From Cyanobacteria bacterium auto_48_18 (GTDB lineage Bacteria; Cyanobacteriota; Vampirovibrionia; Obscuribacterales; Obscuribacteraceae), in NCBI GenBank assembly GCA_036170915.1, contig JAVHQC010000036.1, forward strand, positions 128,001-192,000: a stretch of DNA of 64,000 bases, read 5' to 3'. The notes under the pieces were generated by a model. It had not been told where the DNA came from, ran no database searches, and saw only the letters and a program-made list of their open reading frames with translations. Position 1 is the stretch's first letter. Each line of letters starts with the position of its first letter. Below, piece by piece: positions 47,061 to 57,570 of this stretch. Made by a program: the position numbers and the translations under genes.

Positions 47061-48530
47061 ATGAAGCCAATTCGACCAAATTTGCCCGTTAAATGTATGA
47101 CTTTGCTGCTTTTGCTCAGTCAATGCAGTATAGGACCCGTTTGCGCTCAATATGAAGACGAGTCACTGGGGCTAATAAAGGCCCAAGGGCAGTATCGCAG
47201 CGCTACTCAGATGTTTGCAATAGGCGACTATGGCAATGCCATAGGTTTATTAAAGCAAGCCCAGACCGGGGACGCGCGCAACAAACAAATTCCGCATCTG
47301 ATGGCCCTTTGCTACTCGCAACTGGGTGACAATAAAAACGCGGATCTTGCCTTTCGCTCGGCGCTTTCTCTTGATTACAATTTCATCGAAGCTCACAATA
47401 ATTACGGCATCTACTTTAAAAAGTTGAGCAAAATGGATGATGCGAAAAGGCAATTTAACGATTGTATTCGCATCAAACCAACTTATTCTAAAGCTCACTA
47501 TAACCTTGGCACAGTCTTTATGGAGCTGGGCGATCTTGACGCCGCTCTCGACTGTTTCCGCACTGCCACAAGGCTTGAGCCCACTTATTTTGAGGCCAAC
47601 CGCGATCTGGGTCTGGTGATTTTTCAAAAGTTTGAGCGAGGCGATGGCGGCGAAATTTCTGAGAGTTTGAGTAAATTAGAGATAGCAGCCAAACTGGTGC
47701 CAACCAACCCGACAATTCACTATCATCTCGCTAATATTTTTTGTTGCGACGGCAATCTTGATGAAGCTGAACTCGAATTTCGTAAGGCCTTAAAGCTAGA
47801 TCCCAAGCTAGCTATTGCCCACTATGAGCTTGGCCGGCTGCGTTATTTGCGTGGTGATCCAAACCGTGCGCTTTTTGAAATGAAAGAAGCGCAAAAAGTT
47901 AGCCCTGTTTACACGGAAGGCAAAAAATATCCTGCTGTAGACCGCGTCAAAATCAAGCAATTGCAAGCGAAATGCGAAGAATTGACTGAGAGTTATGACG
48001 CTGCCATTGAGTCTTTGAAAGACGTGGCCAGTCTGACAGCCAACAATGGCGAGACCATTAAACACATGGCAGAACTGGCTCGCATGGCTAGATCGAGCAG
48101 CAAGCGCAATGCCAAAGAAGTTGATCCAGCCGAAATAAAACAGATGGTTTCTCAAGGTATACGAGAAACCGAAAACGGAGATCTTGATGTTGCGAAAGCA
48201 ACGTTTAACAAAATCATAGAACTTGATCCTAAGTGTTGGCTGGCCTTTCAAAATCTCGGACTGATTTTCGAAGCGGAAGGCGATTTACCCCAGGCTTCGG
48301 TGCAGTATCAATCGGCCCTCGACCTCAAGCCAAAATTTGATGGTCTTTATTACAACATGGCCTACCTGCTGGAAAAAAACAACATGAAAGCCGAAGCAGG
48401 CGCCTGGTATAAGCGTTTCCATGAACTGGCGGGAAAGTATCCTTACGATCCCAAGCATATTGTTTCGCTGCAGCAACAATTAGCCAGAGAACAAGTGCGC
48501 GATCAGGCCAGTCGCAAACGCAACTATTGA
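47061..48530 (+). CDS. Secreted TPR-repeat protein
   Basis: Signal-like N-terminus; many TPR units (AHNNYG, AHYNLG, AHYELG, AFQNLG). Confidence 0.9.
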   Translation: MKPIRPNLPVKCMTLLLLLSQCSIGPVCAQYEDESLGLIKAQGQYRSATQMFAIGDYGNAIGLLKQAQTGDARNKQIPHLMALCYSQLGDNKNADLAFRSALSLDYNFIEAHNNYGIYFKKLSKMDDAKRQFNDCIRIKPTYSKAHYNLGTVFMELGDLDAALDCFRTATRLEPTYFEANRDLGLVIFQKFERGDGGEISESLSKLEIAAKLVPTNPTIHYHLANIFCCDGNLDEAELEFRKALKLDPKLAIAHYELGRLRYLRGDPNRALFEMKEAQKVSPVYTEGKKYPAVDRVKIKQLQAKCEELTESYDAAIESLKDVASLTANNGETIKHMAELARMARSSSKRNAKEVDPAEIKQMVSQGIRETENGDLDVAKATFNKIIELDPKCWLAFQNLGLIFEAEGDLPQASVQYQSALDLKPKFDGLYYNMAYLLEKNNMKAEAGAWYKRFHELAGKYPYDPKHIVSLQQQLAREQVRDQASRKRNY

Positions 48531-48579
48531 AATATTCGTATGGCCCGATGCTGGTCTGCTTAAATGCTAGAATCTGGCC

Positions 48580-49458
48580 ATGAGTAAAGCTGTTTCAACC
48601 CTCACCCTGCAAAAATATAAACGTGATGGCCGCAAAATTGTGGCTCTTACCGCATATGACTATTCTATGGCCAAAATTCTCGACAAGGCCGGCGTCGACC
48701 TCATTCTTGTAGGCGACAGCTTAGCTATGGTCGCTCTTGGTCATCGCACTACCCATGCGGTCACCATGGAAGAGATGCTGCACCACACCAGAGCCGTCAC
48801 TCGCGGTGTCACCAATGCCATGGTGGTGGCAGATTTGCCCTTTATGAGCTATCAAGTCGATGTCATTCAAGCAATCACTAATGCCGGAAGATTTGTTAAA
48901 GAAGCCCAGGCCCATGCGGTTAAACTCGAAGGCGCAACCAGGCTCAATCTCGAAATAATTGAGCGGCTCGTGGGCATGGGAATACCAGTGATGGGCCACC
49001 TCGGCTACACACCACAGGCCATACACGGCTTAGGTGGTGCCAGAGTACAGGGACGCTCGGCAGACGAAGCCGTCAAATTGATTGATGATGCCAGAGCCTT
49101 AGAGATGGCAGGTTGTTTTTCAGTGGTACTGGAGATGGTGCCAACGGCAGTGGCCAAAGCAGTAACCGAAAGGGTCAAGATTCCTACCGTTGGTATAGGT
49201 GCTGGCAACGTTTGTGATGGCCAGATACTGGTGACTGATGATTTGATGGGAAAATTTACAGATTTTCTGCCGCGCTTTGTACGCCGCTACGCAGACCTGA
49301 GCCAGGTTTGCCAGGATGCAGTGGGCAAATATGCAGAAGATGTGAAATCAGCTAATTTTCCTAATGCCTCAGAATCTTTTCTTTTGCCAAAAGACGAAGA
49401 AGAAGAGCTGATGCGAAAGCTTGCTCAAGAAAGTGTCAGCTCAGGCGAAATTTGTTGA
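48580..49458 (+). CDS. panB: 3-methyl-2-oxobutanoate hydroxymethyltransferase
   Basis: LTAYD, LVGDSL, DLPFMSY, VKLEG, GHLG.TPQ, GIGAG..CDGQILV. Confidence 0.98.
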   Translation: MSKAVSTLTLQKYKRDGRKIVALTAYDYSMAKILDKAGVDLILVGDSLAMVALGHRTTHAVTMEEMLHHTRAVTRGVTNAMVVADLPFMSYQVDVIQAITNAGRFVKEAQAHAVKLEGATRLNLEIIERLVGMGIPVMGHLGYTPQAIHGLGGARVQGRSADEAVKLIDDARALEMAGCFSVVLEMVPTAVAKAVTERVKIPTVGIGAGNVCDGQILVTDDLMGKFTDFLPRFVRRYADLSQVCQDAVGKYAEDVKSANFPNASESFLLPKDEEEELMRKLAQESVSSGEIC

Positions 49459-49469
49459 TATTTGGTTGA

Positions 49470-49625
49470 TGCGACTTTTTAACCAGTGCCGAGTCGGTAC
49501 TCTTTTAAATGTATAAGAAATTTTACAACCTTTAAGTTGTACAACCATACAACCTAGCGGTTGTAAAAATCCTTAGGCGGCGAATCAAGTACCAGCTGAA
49601 AGTAACAGTTAAAAGTAAGAGCGCA
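49470..49625. repeat. Nested imperfect palindrome with five TACAAC/GTTGTA half-sites
   Basis: Arms 49496-49501/49588-49593, 49514-49530/49559-49575 and 49536-49541/49548-49553 share the same centre. Confidence 0.75.
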
Positions 49626-49628
49626 AAA

Positions 49629-49883
49629 CTAACAGCTATGACACGAATGGGTACTGCATGAGCCGCAGCCACCACCTGAAGACTTAGATGAGGAGCTGCT
49701 TTTAGAACTTTGTCCAACGTCTGGTGTACTGCCGCTGCTTCGCAAAATCATATTCCAGATGCGCGAAACATTGGCCGATCCGCAATCAGAACAGTTGGTA
49801 TCAGATGAGTCACTCATTGAGCGCTCTACTGTAAAAGTGGTGCGACAATTTTCTTCCATACAGCGATAGTCGTAGTTTGGCAT
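49629..49883 (-). CDS. FmdB-family zinc-ribbon protein
   Basis: MPNYDYRC...C...F, CSDCGS; C-terminal CGSC...CHSC. Confidence 0.88.
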   Translation of the reverse strand: MPNYDYRCMEENCRTTFTVERSMSDSSDTNCSDCGSANVSRIWNMILRSSGSTPDVGQSSKSSSSSKSSGGGCGSCSTHSCHSC

Positions 49884-49888
49884 TTTAT

Positions 49889-51136
49889 TTACTTGGCTGC
49901 TTCTGGTTTTGCTTCTAGTTTTTCTTCTGGTGCAACTGGTACTTGTGGTGCAACATTCTGAATCTTGATTTTGTCATCAGGTTTTGGCGCGCTTTTTGCG
50001 TCTTTCTTTTTAAAATCGAGATCGCCCTTGACCCAGGCCTGCACATCATTAACAAGAACGATTACCATCAGCGCGATTAAACTGAGGAAACCCCATTTAA
50101 CAATTTCACCCTGAGCGCGCTCTTCCATTGGTTTACCTCGCAAAGCTTCAATCAGCATGAATGCAAGGTGCCCGCCATCGAGAGCTGGCCATGGCAACAA
50201 ATTGACGATAGCCAGATCCATTGAAATCAAAATCGTAAACATGAAGAGCTGGCGCCAATCTTCACTGGCAAAATCAGCACCAATTTTGACCACGGCAATC
50301 ACACCGTGGAAGTTTTCGATACCAGGTTCGGGTTTACCATCTTTGCCTTTCGCGCCTGGTTTAATGATGTTATTGGCCACGCCCTGGAACATTCTGCCAA
50401 TAGAATTGACCATCTGCGCAGTTTGCGTTGTCAGCTCTGTGGCGGCAGTTGAAATTACTTCCACTGGTCCACCGTCGATTTTCACATATTGCACTTTTGG
50501 TGCCAGAGCCATACCAACCTTGCCGTCCCGATTTGGCGTCATTGCTAAATCGACCGGCTGACCGTCGCGTTTGAGGTGTAAAGTCACCGGTGTCGATTTG
50601 CGGGTGCTCAAGTAGGCAATTACATCTTCGGCAGTCTTGACTGATTTGTCGTCTACCGCAATAACTTCGTCTTGCACCTTAATGCCGGCATTGGCAGCAA
50701 TCGGATTAGTTTTGACCAGTTCGTTGACAAAAATACCTTGTGGAATCGGCTTGCCAAGGGCTACCAGCATTACTACCATCACCAGGTAGGCAAAAATTAC
50801 ATTGAAAGTTACGCCGGCCACAGCTACTAGAGCTCGTTGCCAGATAGGGAATTTCTTAAAAGGAGAAAGTTGTACGCCAAAAACTTCACTTGAAGCGTTT
50901 GACTCGTCTCCAAGCTCAGGAATTGCGACATAGCCGCCAAGCATGCAAGCGTGAATGCGAAACTCAGTGCCCCAGCGTTTGCCCACGGTCCACGAGGGTC
51001 CGAAAGGAAGCCCCAGGCCGAATACCGGAGTTTGAAAACCAAAAAATCTCGCTACCAGAAAGTGGCCGCACTCGTGAACAATAATCAACGTGCTCAATAT
51101 GGCGAGCATCATGAAAACACCGAAAGCTTGTTCCAA
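49889..51136 (-). CDS. rseP: RIP metalloprotease RseP (M50, PDZ)
   Basis: HECGH, LGGYV, AGVTFN, PDZ domain, NLLPWPALDGG. Confidence 0.95.
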   Translation of the reverse strand: MEQAFGVFMMLAILSTLIIVHECGHFLVARFFGFQTPVFGLGLPFGPSWTVGKRWGTEFRIHACMLGGYVAIPELGDESNASSEVFGVQLSPFKKFPIWQRALVAVAGVTFNVIFAYLVMVVMLVALGKPIPQGIFVNELVKTNPIAANAGIKVQDEVIAVDDKSVKTAEDVIAYLSTRKSTPVTLHLKRDGQPVDLAMTPNRDGKVGMALAPKVQYVKIDGGPVEVISTAATELTTQTAQMVNSIGRMFQGVANNIIKPGAKGKDGKPEPGIENFHGVIAVVKIGADFASEDWRQLFMFTILISMDLAIVNLLPWPALDGGHLAFMLIEALRGKPMEERAQGEIVKWGFLSLIALMVIVLVNDVQAWVKGDLDFKKKDAKSAPKPDDKIKIQNVAPQVPVAPEEKLEAKPEAAK

Positions 51137-51186
51137 GACCTGAATCCCCTGCCACTGCCGAACGGATGTATATACTGGCAGGGCCG

Positions 51187-52935
51187 CTAAATAGCACCGT
51201 CCTGGGCCAGAGGCTCTATCGTGACATCTTTGTAGTAGTACGACAGAATCTGTTCTGCATTATATCCGTTATCAGCCAGGGCTTTCGCTCCCCATTGAGA
51301 AAGGCCAAGGCCGTGACCGTAACCTCTACCGCTAAAGATGTAGTTACTGTCGGCTTGAAAGAGGCTGAACTGGGTGCTGGGGAGGTTAAACAATCTTCTT
51401 AAATCAGCTCCCGAAATCACTCGCGCCGAGCTTTGACCAACAAGTAGAACGTCTTTGACTCGCTGAGAGACACCCGGATAGCGCCCAATTACCAGAACCC
51501 CTAAAAGGCTTTGATTTTCACCGTTGGGCGCTGCTGCTGTCAGCGTCTTAGCCAGAGCCTGGGCACTGACTGTTTTCTTCCAGTTAAATTGAGGAGCAGC
51601 ATCGTCGTAATCAACGACACTCTTCAAATAAGGTAAAGGGCGGCTCCAGACATTTTCAGAAACTTCAGTGCTACCACCACTAGTGCTGTGGAAAAATGCC
51701 GAAATCACTTTATTTGCGTTCTTTAGAACCAGTCCGGCCGTGTCGGCTACAGCACTGTTTGTCTCAGCAGATTCTGCCACAACTCCTCGATAAACTTGAT
51801 CATCGACTGTGGCTTTAACGTCATAGCCTTCTTTACCATGCTTGCCGAGATTAGCCACAGCGTATGATCGCGCGGCAATGGCCTGAGCTTTTAAGACCTC
51901 TTTGGGCCAGAGGGAAGGCACCTCTGACGGTACCACAGAAAGTAAATAATCTTCCAGGTCTAAGACATTGATAACGGCGATACTTGTAGTAGCGCCATTG
52001 CTATTAGTATTATCAGTGCTCACCGGTTTAAGAATGACCGCACCGCGATAAAGTTTACCGTTTACACCAAGCAGGGGCGCTGAACCGGGCTGGTTTGTGC
52101 TGCCGGCCACAGCTATATAACCTTGCGACGCATCGGGCAGTGCTGCACTGGTACTATCTTCGGTGCTGATTAAAGCCGCCGAGTTTTTTGCCGGCAGCGA
52201 CAGCTGAACGCCACCAGGAATAGTGCCATTGCCGAACATAGAACCAGTACTTGGTATAAATGCCGCCTTAGTAAAAGCTCCTACTGCTGCAATTTTGTCT
52301 CTTGCGCTTTTGGCGGCAAAATTGAAGTTTGGTTTACCGCCTACCTTGGCTAGATTTAAATTCCATGCGCTCTGTGGGGCAATTTTTGCCACTAGAACGC
52401 CGTCGGCAACAGTATAGATATTGCCTCCATCAGGAAAATCTAAGTCGACTTTCTGAACACCGCTGGCCAGACAAACTCTAATGTTGGTCCTGGCGAAATT
52501 TTTAGAATTTGCCCTCGACCAGGGCGTAGCTGATTTAGACGAATAAGCCAGCTGATCTTCAACTGGAGTTGGTTGAGCAGCCTGGTCTAATGGCGATTGC
52601 GCCAGCGCCGGTGGTGGCAGGAAACTGAATGATAATGAAGTTAGGAGGGCAAAAAAGCCCGTATATAACCTGGCGCCCCAGAGTGACTGTTTGGTACCAC
52701 CAAACCCGGTATCGCTGCTGTTGCCATTACTGCTTGCGTTACCAGTGGCAGCCAATCTACCTGCCACCATCCAGGGTGACATGACCGATAAATCTTCGGA
52801 CTCTTCTACCAGGTCTACAGCCATGTAGGCTTCAACCGCAGCAGAAATAGCCGCCATTTCTTCTTCTGTGGCCACAAGAGTAGTCGCAGAATCGGCTGAC
52901 TGCACTGAAAATTGAGACCCAGAAGACAAATGCAT
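51187..52935 (-). CDS. SpoIID/LytB-domain peptidoglycan lytic enzyme with unusual N-terminal extension
   Basis: LEDYL.SVVPSE, LKAQAIAARSYA, DQVY, FHSTSGG, G.GHG.GLSQWGA, IL.YYY. Confidence 0.93.
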   Translation of the reverse strand: MHLSSGSQFSVQSADSATTLVATEEEMAAISAAVEAYMAVDLVEESEDLSVMSPWMVAGRLAATGNASSNGNSSDTGFGGTKQSLWGARLYTGFFALLTSLSFSFLPPPALAQSPLDQAAQPTPVEDQLAYSSKSATPWSRANSKNFARTNIRVCLASGVQKVDLDFPDGGNIYTVADGVLVAKIAPQSAWNLNLAKVGGKPNFNFAAKSARDKIAAVGAFTKAAFIPSTGSMFGNGTIPGGVQLSLPAKNSAALISTEDSTSAALPDASQGYIAVAGSTNQPGSAPLLGVNGKLYRGAVILKPVSTDNTNSNGATTSIAVINVLDLEDYLLSVVPSEVPSLWPKEVLKAQAIAARSYAVANLGKHGKEGYDVKATVDDQVYRGVVAESAETNSAVADTAGLVLKNANKVISAFFHSTSGGSTEVSENVWSRPLPYLKSVVDYDDAAPQFNWKKTVSAQALAKTLTAAAPNGENQSLLGVLVIGRYPGVSQRVKDVLLVGQSSARVISGADLRRLFNLPSTQFSLFQADSNYIFSGRGYGHGLGLSQWGAKALADNGYNAEQILSYYYKDVTIEPLAQDGAI

Positions 52936-53031
52936 ATTGCTGACCAGCTGAAAACTACTAATATGCCACTTAGCAATTATAACCGTCAGTCAATTTTTGT
53001 CGAATTTACAGCTAATTTCTAATATGAGAAA

Positions 53032-53913
53032 TTAGCCTTTGAGGGCCTCGGCGCCACCTACGATTTCGAGCAATTCTTGCGTAATGGCCGCCTGACGAGC
53101 TTTGTTGTACACCAGGGTCAAGCTTGCAATTAGATCGCGAGCATTATTTGAAGCATTAGTCATAGCGGTCATGCGGGCCGCCAATTCGGCAGCAGATGCT
53201 TCAAGCAGGCCCTGATAGATAACGTTCTGGATATACTTCGGCAAAAGCTCCCGTTCCATCACATCAATAATGCTCGGCTCAAAAAGACGAATTGGTTGAA
53301 GAGAAGTTTTGACTTCAGCTTGCGGCATTTCAATAGGCAGATACTTAGTAGTCACCACTTCAGAACGCAACATCGAAATGAAATCGGTGCCAATCACTTC
53401 AATGGCATCCACTTTCTTCTCGGTATAGAGTTCGCCGGCGTAAGTAGCAATCATTTTTGCTTCTTCAACAGTAGGAATGGCAGGTAGCAAGGTGTAGACC
53501 TTTAGCTTTTCCACCTTGATTGATTTGAAGAACGAAACCGCTTTCAAACCAACCAGAATTAGACCCACTTCTTTGCCTTCAGCCTGCAATTGCGAAATGC
53601 GCGAAATTACTTCACGAAAGACTGTGGTGTTGTAAGAGCCGCATAATCCACGATCTGATGACAGAACGATGATGCCGACCTTTTTTACATCGCGCCTTGA
53701 AAGTAGCTCCAGGCCTTGCACATCAATGGGGCTAATTTCACCCACCACTTCGCGCAATACTCTTACTACAGCTTGAGTAAACGGCCGGGCCGCAAGCACA
53801 CGCATTTGCGCGCGCCTTACTTTTGCCGCAGCAACCAGTCTCATCGCCCGAGTGATTTTCTGGGTAGACTGAACGCTTTTAATTCTTTGACGAATTGCTT
53901 TGAGGTTAGCCAT
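53032..53913 (-). CDS. atpG: ATP synthase F1 gamma subunit
   Basis: KITRAMRLVAAAK, SDRGLCG, YNKARQAAITQEL.EIV.GA. Confidence 0.98.
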   Translation of the reverse strand: MANLKAIRQRIKSVQSTQKITRAMRLVAAAKVRRAQMRVLAARPFTQAVVRVLREVVGEISPIDVQGLELLSRRDVKKVGIIVLSSDRGLCGSYNTTVFREVISRISQLQAEGKEVGLILVGLKAVSFFKSIKVEKLKVYTLLPAIPTVEEAKMIATYAGELYTEKKVDAIEVIGTDFISMLRSEVVTTKYLPIEMPQAEVKTSLQPIRLFEPSIIDVMERELLPKYIQNVIYQGLLEASAAELAARMTAMTNASNNARDLIASLTLVYNKARQAAITQELLEIVGGAEALKG

Positions 53914-53934
53914 CTGATTGCCTTGCCTGTCTAA

Positions 53935-55464
53935 TTATGGTTTGAAGAAATTGGTCTTGAACTTGTTCAAGTGTTCTACAAGCGCGGCGTCATCAGCGTC
54001 GGAGAGCTTGTCGCCTGTAAGCAGTTTGGCGTCAAGATCTTTGGCCTGAGCTGCCAGATACTTGAACCATTCAACTTTGAACTTGGTGATGTTTTTAGTT
54101 TCTACATCATCAAGAATGCCTTTGTTAGCGGCAAAGAGAATTGATACTTGCTCAGACAAACTGAGCGGACGGTATTGAGCTTGCTTCAATACTTCAGTCA
54201 GTTTCTGGCCACGGCGAATTTGATCTTGAGTGGATTTATCGAGGTCTGAAGCGAATTGAGCGAATGCTTCCAGCTCTCTAAATTGCGCTAAGTCAAGGCG
54301 AAGTTTACCGGCTACGGCCTTCATCGCTTTAGTTTGAGCTGAACCGCCCACTCGGCTAACCGAAATACCGGCGTTGATGGCCGGACGTACACCAGCGTAG
54401 AACAAGTCTGTTTCTAAGAAAATTTGACCGTCAGTAATTGAAATTACGTTGGTGGGAATGTATGCAGATACGTCACCAGCTTGAGTTTCAATAATCGGTA
54501 AGGCTGTCAGTGAGCCGGCACCAAGGGCGTCGGACAATTTGGCAGCGCGTTCCAGTAAGCGGCTGTGTAGATAGAAAACGTCTCCAGGGAAAGCTTCACG
54601 ACCTGGCGGACGACGCAAGAGCAAGCTCATGGTGCGGTAAGCAGTAGCGTGTTTCGACAAATCGTCGTAAACCACTAAAGCGTGTCCGCCTTTTTTCATG
54701 AAGTACTCACCCATAGCCACACCGGCGTAAGGGGCAAGGAATTGCAGCGCGGGAGCGTCAGTAGCTGGTGCGTTGACGATAATTGTGTATTCCATTGCAC
54801 CAGCTTCTTCCAAAATTTTCTGGATTTTGCCTACGTTGGAACTCTTCTGACCGATGGCCACATAGATGCAGATAGGACGATTTGGTTGGTTCTTCTGGTT
54901 GATGATGGCATCAATTGCCACTGCAGTTTTACCGGTTTGACGGTCACCAATGATAAGTTCGCGTTGACCGCGGCCAATTGGAATCATGCCGTCGATAGCC
55001 GCGATACCGGTCATCATTGGCTCGTGTACTGACTTACGTGAGACGATACCAGGAGCTTTGACTTCGATTGGTGAAATTTCGGTGGAGTTAATTGGGCCTT
55101 TGCCATCGAGCGGGACGCCGATCGGATTGACCACTCTACCGAGTAGAGCTTCGCCCACAGGGACAGAGGCAATTTTACCGGTGGTGCGAACTTCCATGCC
55201 TTCGCTGATTTTTCTGCCTTCGCCAAGAATTACAACACCGACGTTGTCTTCTTCAAGGTTGAGCACCATGCCGCGAGTTTTTTCTTCATCGTCAAATTCG
55301 ACGAGTTCACCAGCCATGGCTTTTTCCATGCCGTAAATGCGGGCGATACCATCACCCACTTGAAGAACGCTACCGACGTTGCTGACGTTCAATGCAGAAC
55401 GGTATTGCTCCAGCTGTGATTTCAATACTGATGTGATTTCGTCGGGCCTGATTGCCATGGTCAT
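53935..55464 (-). CDS. atpA: ATP synthase F1 alpha subunit
   Basis: [35 protein letters not shown]. Confidence 0.99.
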   Translation of the reverse strand: MTMAIRPDEITSVLKSQLEQYRSALNVSNVGSVLQVGDGIARIYGMEKAMAGELVEFDDEEKTRGMVLNLEEDNVGVVILGEGRKISEGMEVRTTGKIASVPVGEALLGRVVNPIGVPLDGKGPINSTEISPIEVKAPGIVSRKSVHEPMMTGIAAIDGMIPIGRGQRELIIGDRQTGKTAVAIDAIINQKNQPNRPICIYVAIGQKSSNVGKIQKILEEAGAMEYTIIVNAPATDAPALQFLAPYAGVAMGEYFMKKGGHALVVYDDLSKHATAYRTMSLLLRRPPGREAFPGDVFYLHSRLLERAAKLSDALGAGSLTALPIIETQAGDVSAYIPTNVISITDGQIFLETDLFYAGVRPAINAGISVSRVGGSAQTKAMKAVAGKLRLDLAQFRELEAFAQFASDLDKSTQDQIRRGQKLTEVLKQAQYRPLSLSEQVSILFAANKGILDDVETKNITKFKVEWFKYLAAQAKDLDAKLLTGDKLSDADDAALVEHLNKFKTNFFKP

Positions 55465-55532
55465 TAACCTCTAGATTTTCTTGTCTGTTTCGATTTCTAT
55501 AAAAAACTGCTACTGCGAACTAAAAAAATTAC

Positions 55533-56078
55533 TTATACATTCATTAGGGTTTTTTCCAGGGCTTTCAATCGTCCCTTCAAACTGCCGTCAATCACTTGAT
55601 CGCCTAGTCGCAAAACCACTCCGCCTATCAGTGTGGGATCAACTTTTACTTCCAACTCAAGGCGCTTACCGAGGTGTTCAGTTAGCTGTGCTTTGATGTT
55701 GGCGATATTGTTGTCGGCCATTGGCTCAGAACAAGTCAAAAGCGCACTGACAATATTTTTGCGCTGATTCAACAGTTCTCTATATCCAGATTCGATAAAT
55801 GGAAGCAGATCAAGGCGGCGCTTATCAGCCAGCAAATTGATCAGATTGTCGGTCAAGACAGAAATTTTTCCGCCGAAGACCGTCTTCAACACTTCTTTTT
55901 TCTGGTTGGCGCGAATGGCCGGATGATTGATCACCACATGCATATCTTTATCAGAAGCAAAGACGACGTTTATCAATTGCAGTTCACTGAGAACCTTATC
56001 TTCTTCCGCATTCTTTGCCGCCAGATCGAGCACAGCTTCGGCGTATGCGCTTGCGATTCCTTGCAGTTCAGTATTCAT
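55533..56078 (-). CDS. atpH: ATP synthase F1 delta subunit
   Basis: YAEA.L, VDPTLIGG.V...GD.VIDGS; operon position. Confidence 0.96.
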   Translation of the reverse strand: MNTELQGIASAYAEAVLDLAAKNAEEDKVLSELQLINVVFASDKDMHVVINHPAIRANQKKEVLKTVFGGKISVLTDNLINLLADKRRLDLLPFIESGYRELLNQRKNIVSALLTCSEPMADNNIANIKAQLTEHLGKRLELEVKVDPTLIGGVVLRLGDQVIDGSLKGRLKALEKTLMNV

Positions 56079-56098
56079 TTCTAAGCGTGACCTGCCTG

Positions 56099-56653
56099 TT
56101 ATTTTCTAGTTGATTCAAGCGAACCGGTGGCAACAATCGATTTGGCGTTGAGCGTCTCAAGCTGTTCCATAAACTGGCTCAGCAAGCCGGCTTTTACTTC
56201 GGCGCTGGTTTGTTCTGCCAGCTGCGAACGTGTCAATTCGATAGCAGCCTTTACAGCAGCTTGACGCATCTCGTTTACCAGAAGTTGTCTTTCACCAGCT
56301 ACCGCGTTTTCAAATTTGACCAACATTTCGGCTATGTCTTTTTTTGTTTGAGCCTCAAGGGTGGCCTGCATCTCGGCAGCAATATTTTTTGCTTCGCTGA
56401 CGATTTGCTCAGCTTCTACTTCGGCGTTAGCTACAGCCGCTTTCTGTTTAGCCAAAAGTGCTTCGGCTTCAAGACGGGCTCTCTGAGCTGCTTCCAGAGT
56501 GGAGTTGATTTGCAATTCACGAGCAGCAAAAACCGGTGGAAGATTTTTTGCCAGTACCCACCAGAAGAAAATCACCAACAAGAACCAGTTGATGACATTG
56601 TTTTCAAACATGGCAAAAAGAGGATTGGCTTGTACTTCAGCAAACAAAAACAT
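56099..56653 (-). CDS. atpF: ATP synthase F0 subunit b
   Basis: FENNVINW then TM and coiled coil, cyanobacterial b-type N-terminus. Confidence 0.9.
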   Translation of the reverse strand: MFLFAEVQANPLFAMFENNVINWFLLVIFFWWVLAKNLPPVFAARELQINSTLEAAQRARLEAEALLAKQKAAVANAEVEAEQIVSEAKNIAAEMQATLEAQTKKDIAEMLVKFENAVAGERQLLVNEMRQAAVKAAIELTRSQLAEQTSAEVKAGLLSQFMEQLETLNAKSIVATGSLESTRK

Positions 56654-57133
56654 TTAGCAGGCCTCCTCTAACGCTCTCTTCACCTGGGTTTTATCCATGG
56701 AGACAGCTTTATGGCCTGCCCCTATGAGTTTGCCCATAATGATGTTGACCAGTTCGATTTCTTTATCAACCAACTGATCAACAAGCGCTGTTTTCTCTAC
56801 CGCCAACTCAGCGCGAGCAGCTGTAAGTCGCTCGCGGCCCTGAGTTTGCACTTTCGCTATTTCTTCATTGCGTACTTTTTGTGATGCAGTAGCAGCTTCA
56901 TTGATAATCGTCTGAGCTTTGTTGCGCACCTCTACCAGACGTTTCTGATAGTCGGCCAACACAACTTCGGCTTCAGAGCGAGAAACTTTTGATAGCGCCA
57001 GGTCTTGCTCTACTTTGGCAGCCCGGGCCTCCAGAACACTGGAGACGGGCTTAACAAAGACCAGATTCAAAGCCCAAATAAAGGCCAGGAAGCTGATTAA
57101 AAGTACGACGACTGTTCCGTTTAGTTCGAGCAT
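56654..57133 (-). CDS. ATP synthase F0 subunit b' (second peripheral-stalk subunit)
   Basis: LNGT....ISF..F...LN..F.KP....L..R pattern; lies between the c and b genes. Confidence 0.9.
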   Translation of the reverse strand: MLELNGTVVVLLISFLAFIWALNLVFVKPVSSVLEARAAKVEQDLALSKVSRSEAEVVLADYQKRLVEVRNKAQTIINEAATASQKVRNEEIAKVQTQGRERLTAARAELAVEKTALVDQLVDKEIELVNIIMGKLIGAGHKAVSMDKTQVKRALEEAC

Positions 57134-57176
57134 TTTGTTGAATTACTCTCTGGTTTCCTACTAATAATTCTAATTT

Positions 57177-57467
57177 TTAGCCTTTACCAAGAGTGAAAAG
57201 TTGGAGCGAAACCAAGAAAGCAAACAGACCAAGAGCTTCCATCAAAGCGGCGAAAATGATGCCGTTGATGAGCAATTTGCCTTGCATTTCAGGTTGACGA
57301 GCCATACCTTCCAGAGCTCTGGAAGCAGCGATACCGATACCGATACCAGGTACGCCGACGCCGATTGCTCCTAAGCCTGCGCCAAGAAGTGCAGCCGATC
57401 TGATGAATGTCTGACTATCTACTCCGCCCGCGACAGTTCCAGCCTGGGCAATAAGTTGGTGGTCCAC
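57177..57467 (-). CDS. atpE: ATP synthase F0 subunit c
   Basis: GxGxG glycine stretch, ARQPE loop, carboxylate in LMEAL; GTG start at 57467 with AAGGAG SD. Confidence 0.95.
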   Translation of the reverse strand: MDHQLIAQAGTVAGGVDSQTFIRSAALLGAGLGAIGVGVPGIGIGIAASRALEGMARQPEMQGKLLINGIIFAALMEALGLFAFLVSLQLFTLGKG

Positions 57468-57561
57468 AGAAAATCTCCTTAACTCGTATCGAAAAAATTT
57501 CGCCATCCATTTCGAATCGACTATTTCGCTTTCGCAAAAGCCAATTTCAAAAGGCGTACTG

Positions 57562-57570
57562 ATTATAACA
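57562..57570 (-). promoter_or_regulatory. Putative extended -10 promoter for atpE and downstream genes
   Basis: Minus strand TGTTATAAT (TGnTATAAT) about 95 nt upstream of the atpE start. Confidence 0.5.

Noticed and set aside
49514..49575. CRISPR mini-array, dif or parS interpretation of the TACAACC repeats
   Set aside because: Repeats are only 6-7 nt with no spacers and no cas genes; the sequence does not match the dif or parS consensus I know.
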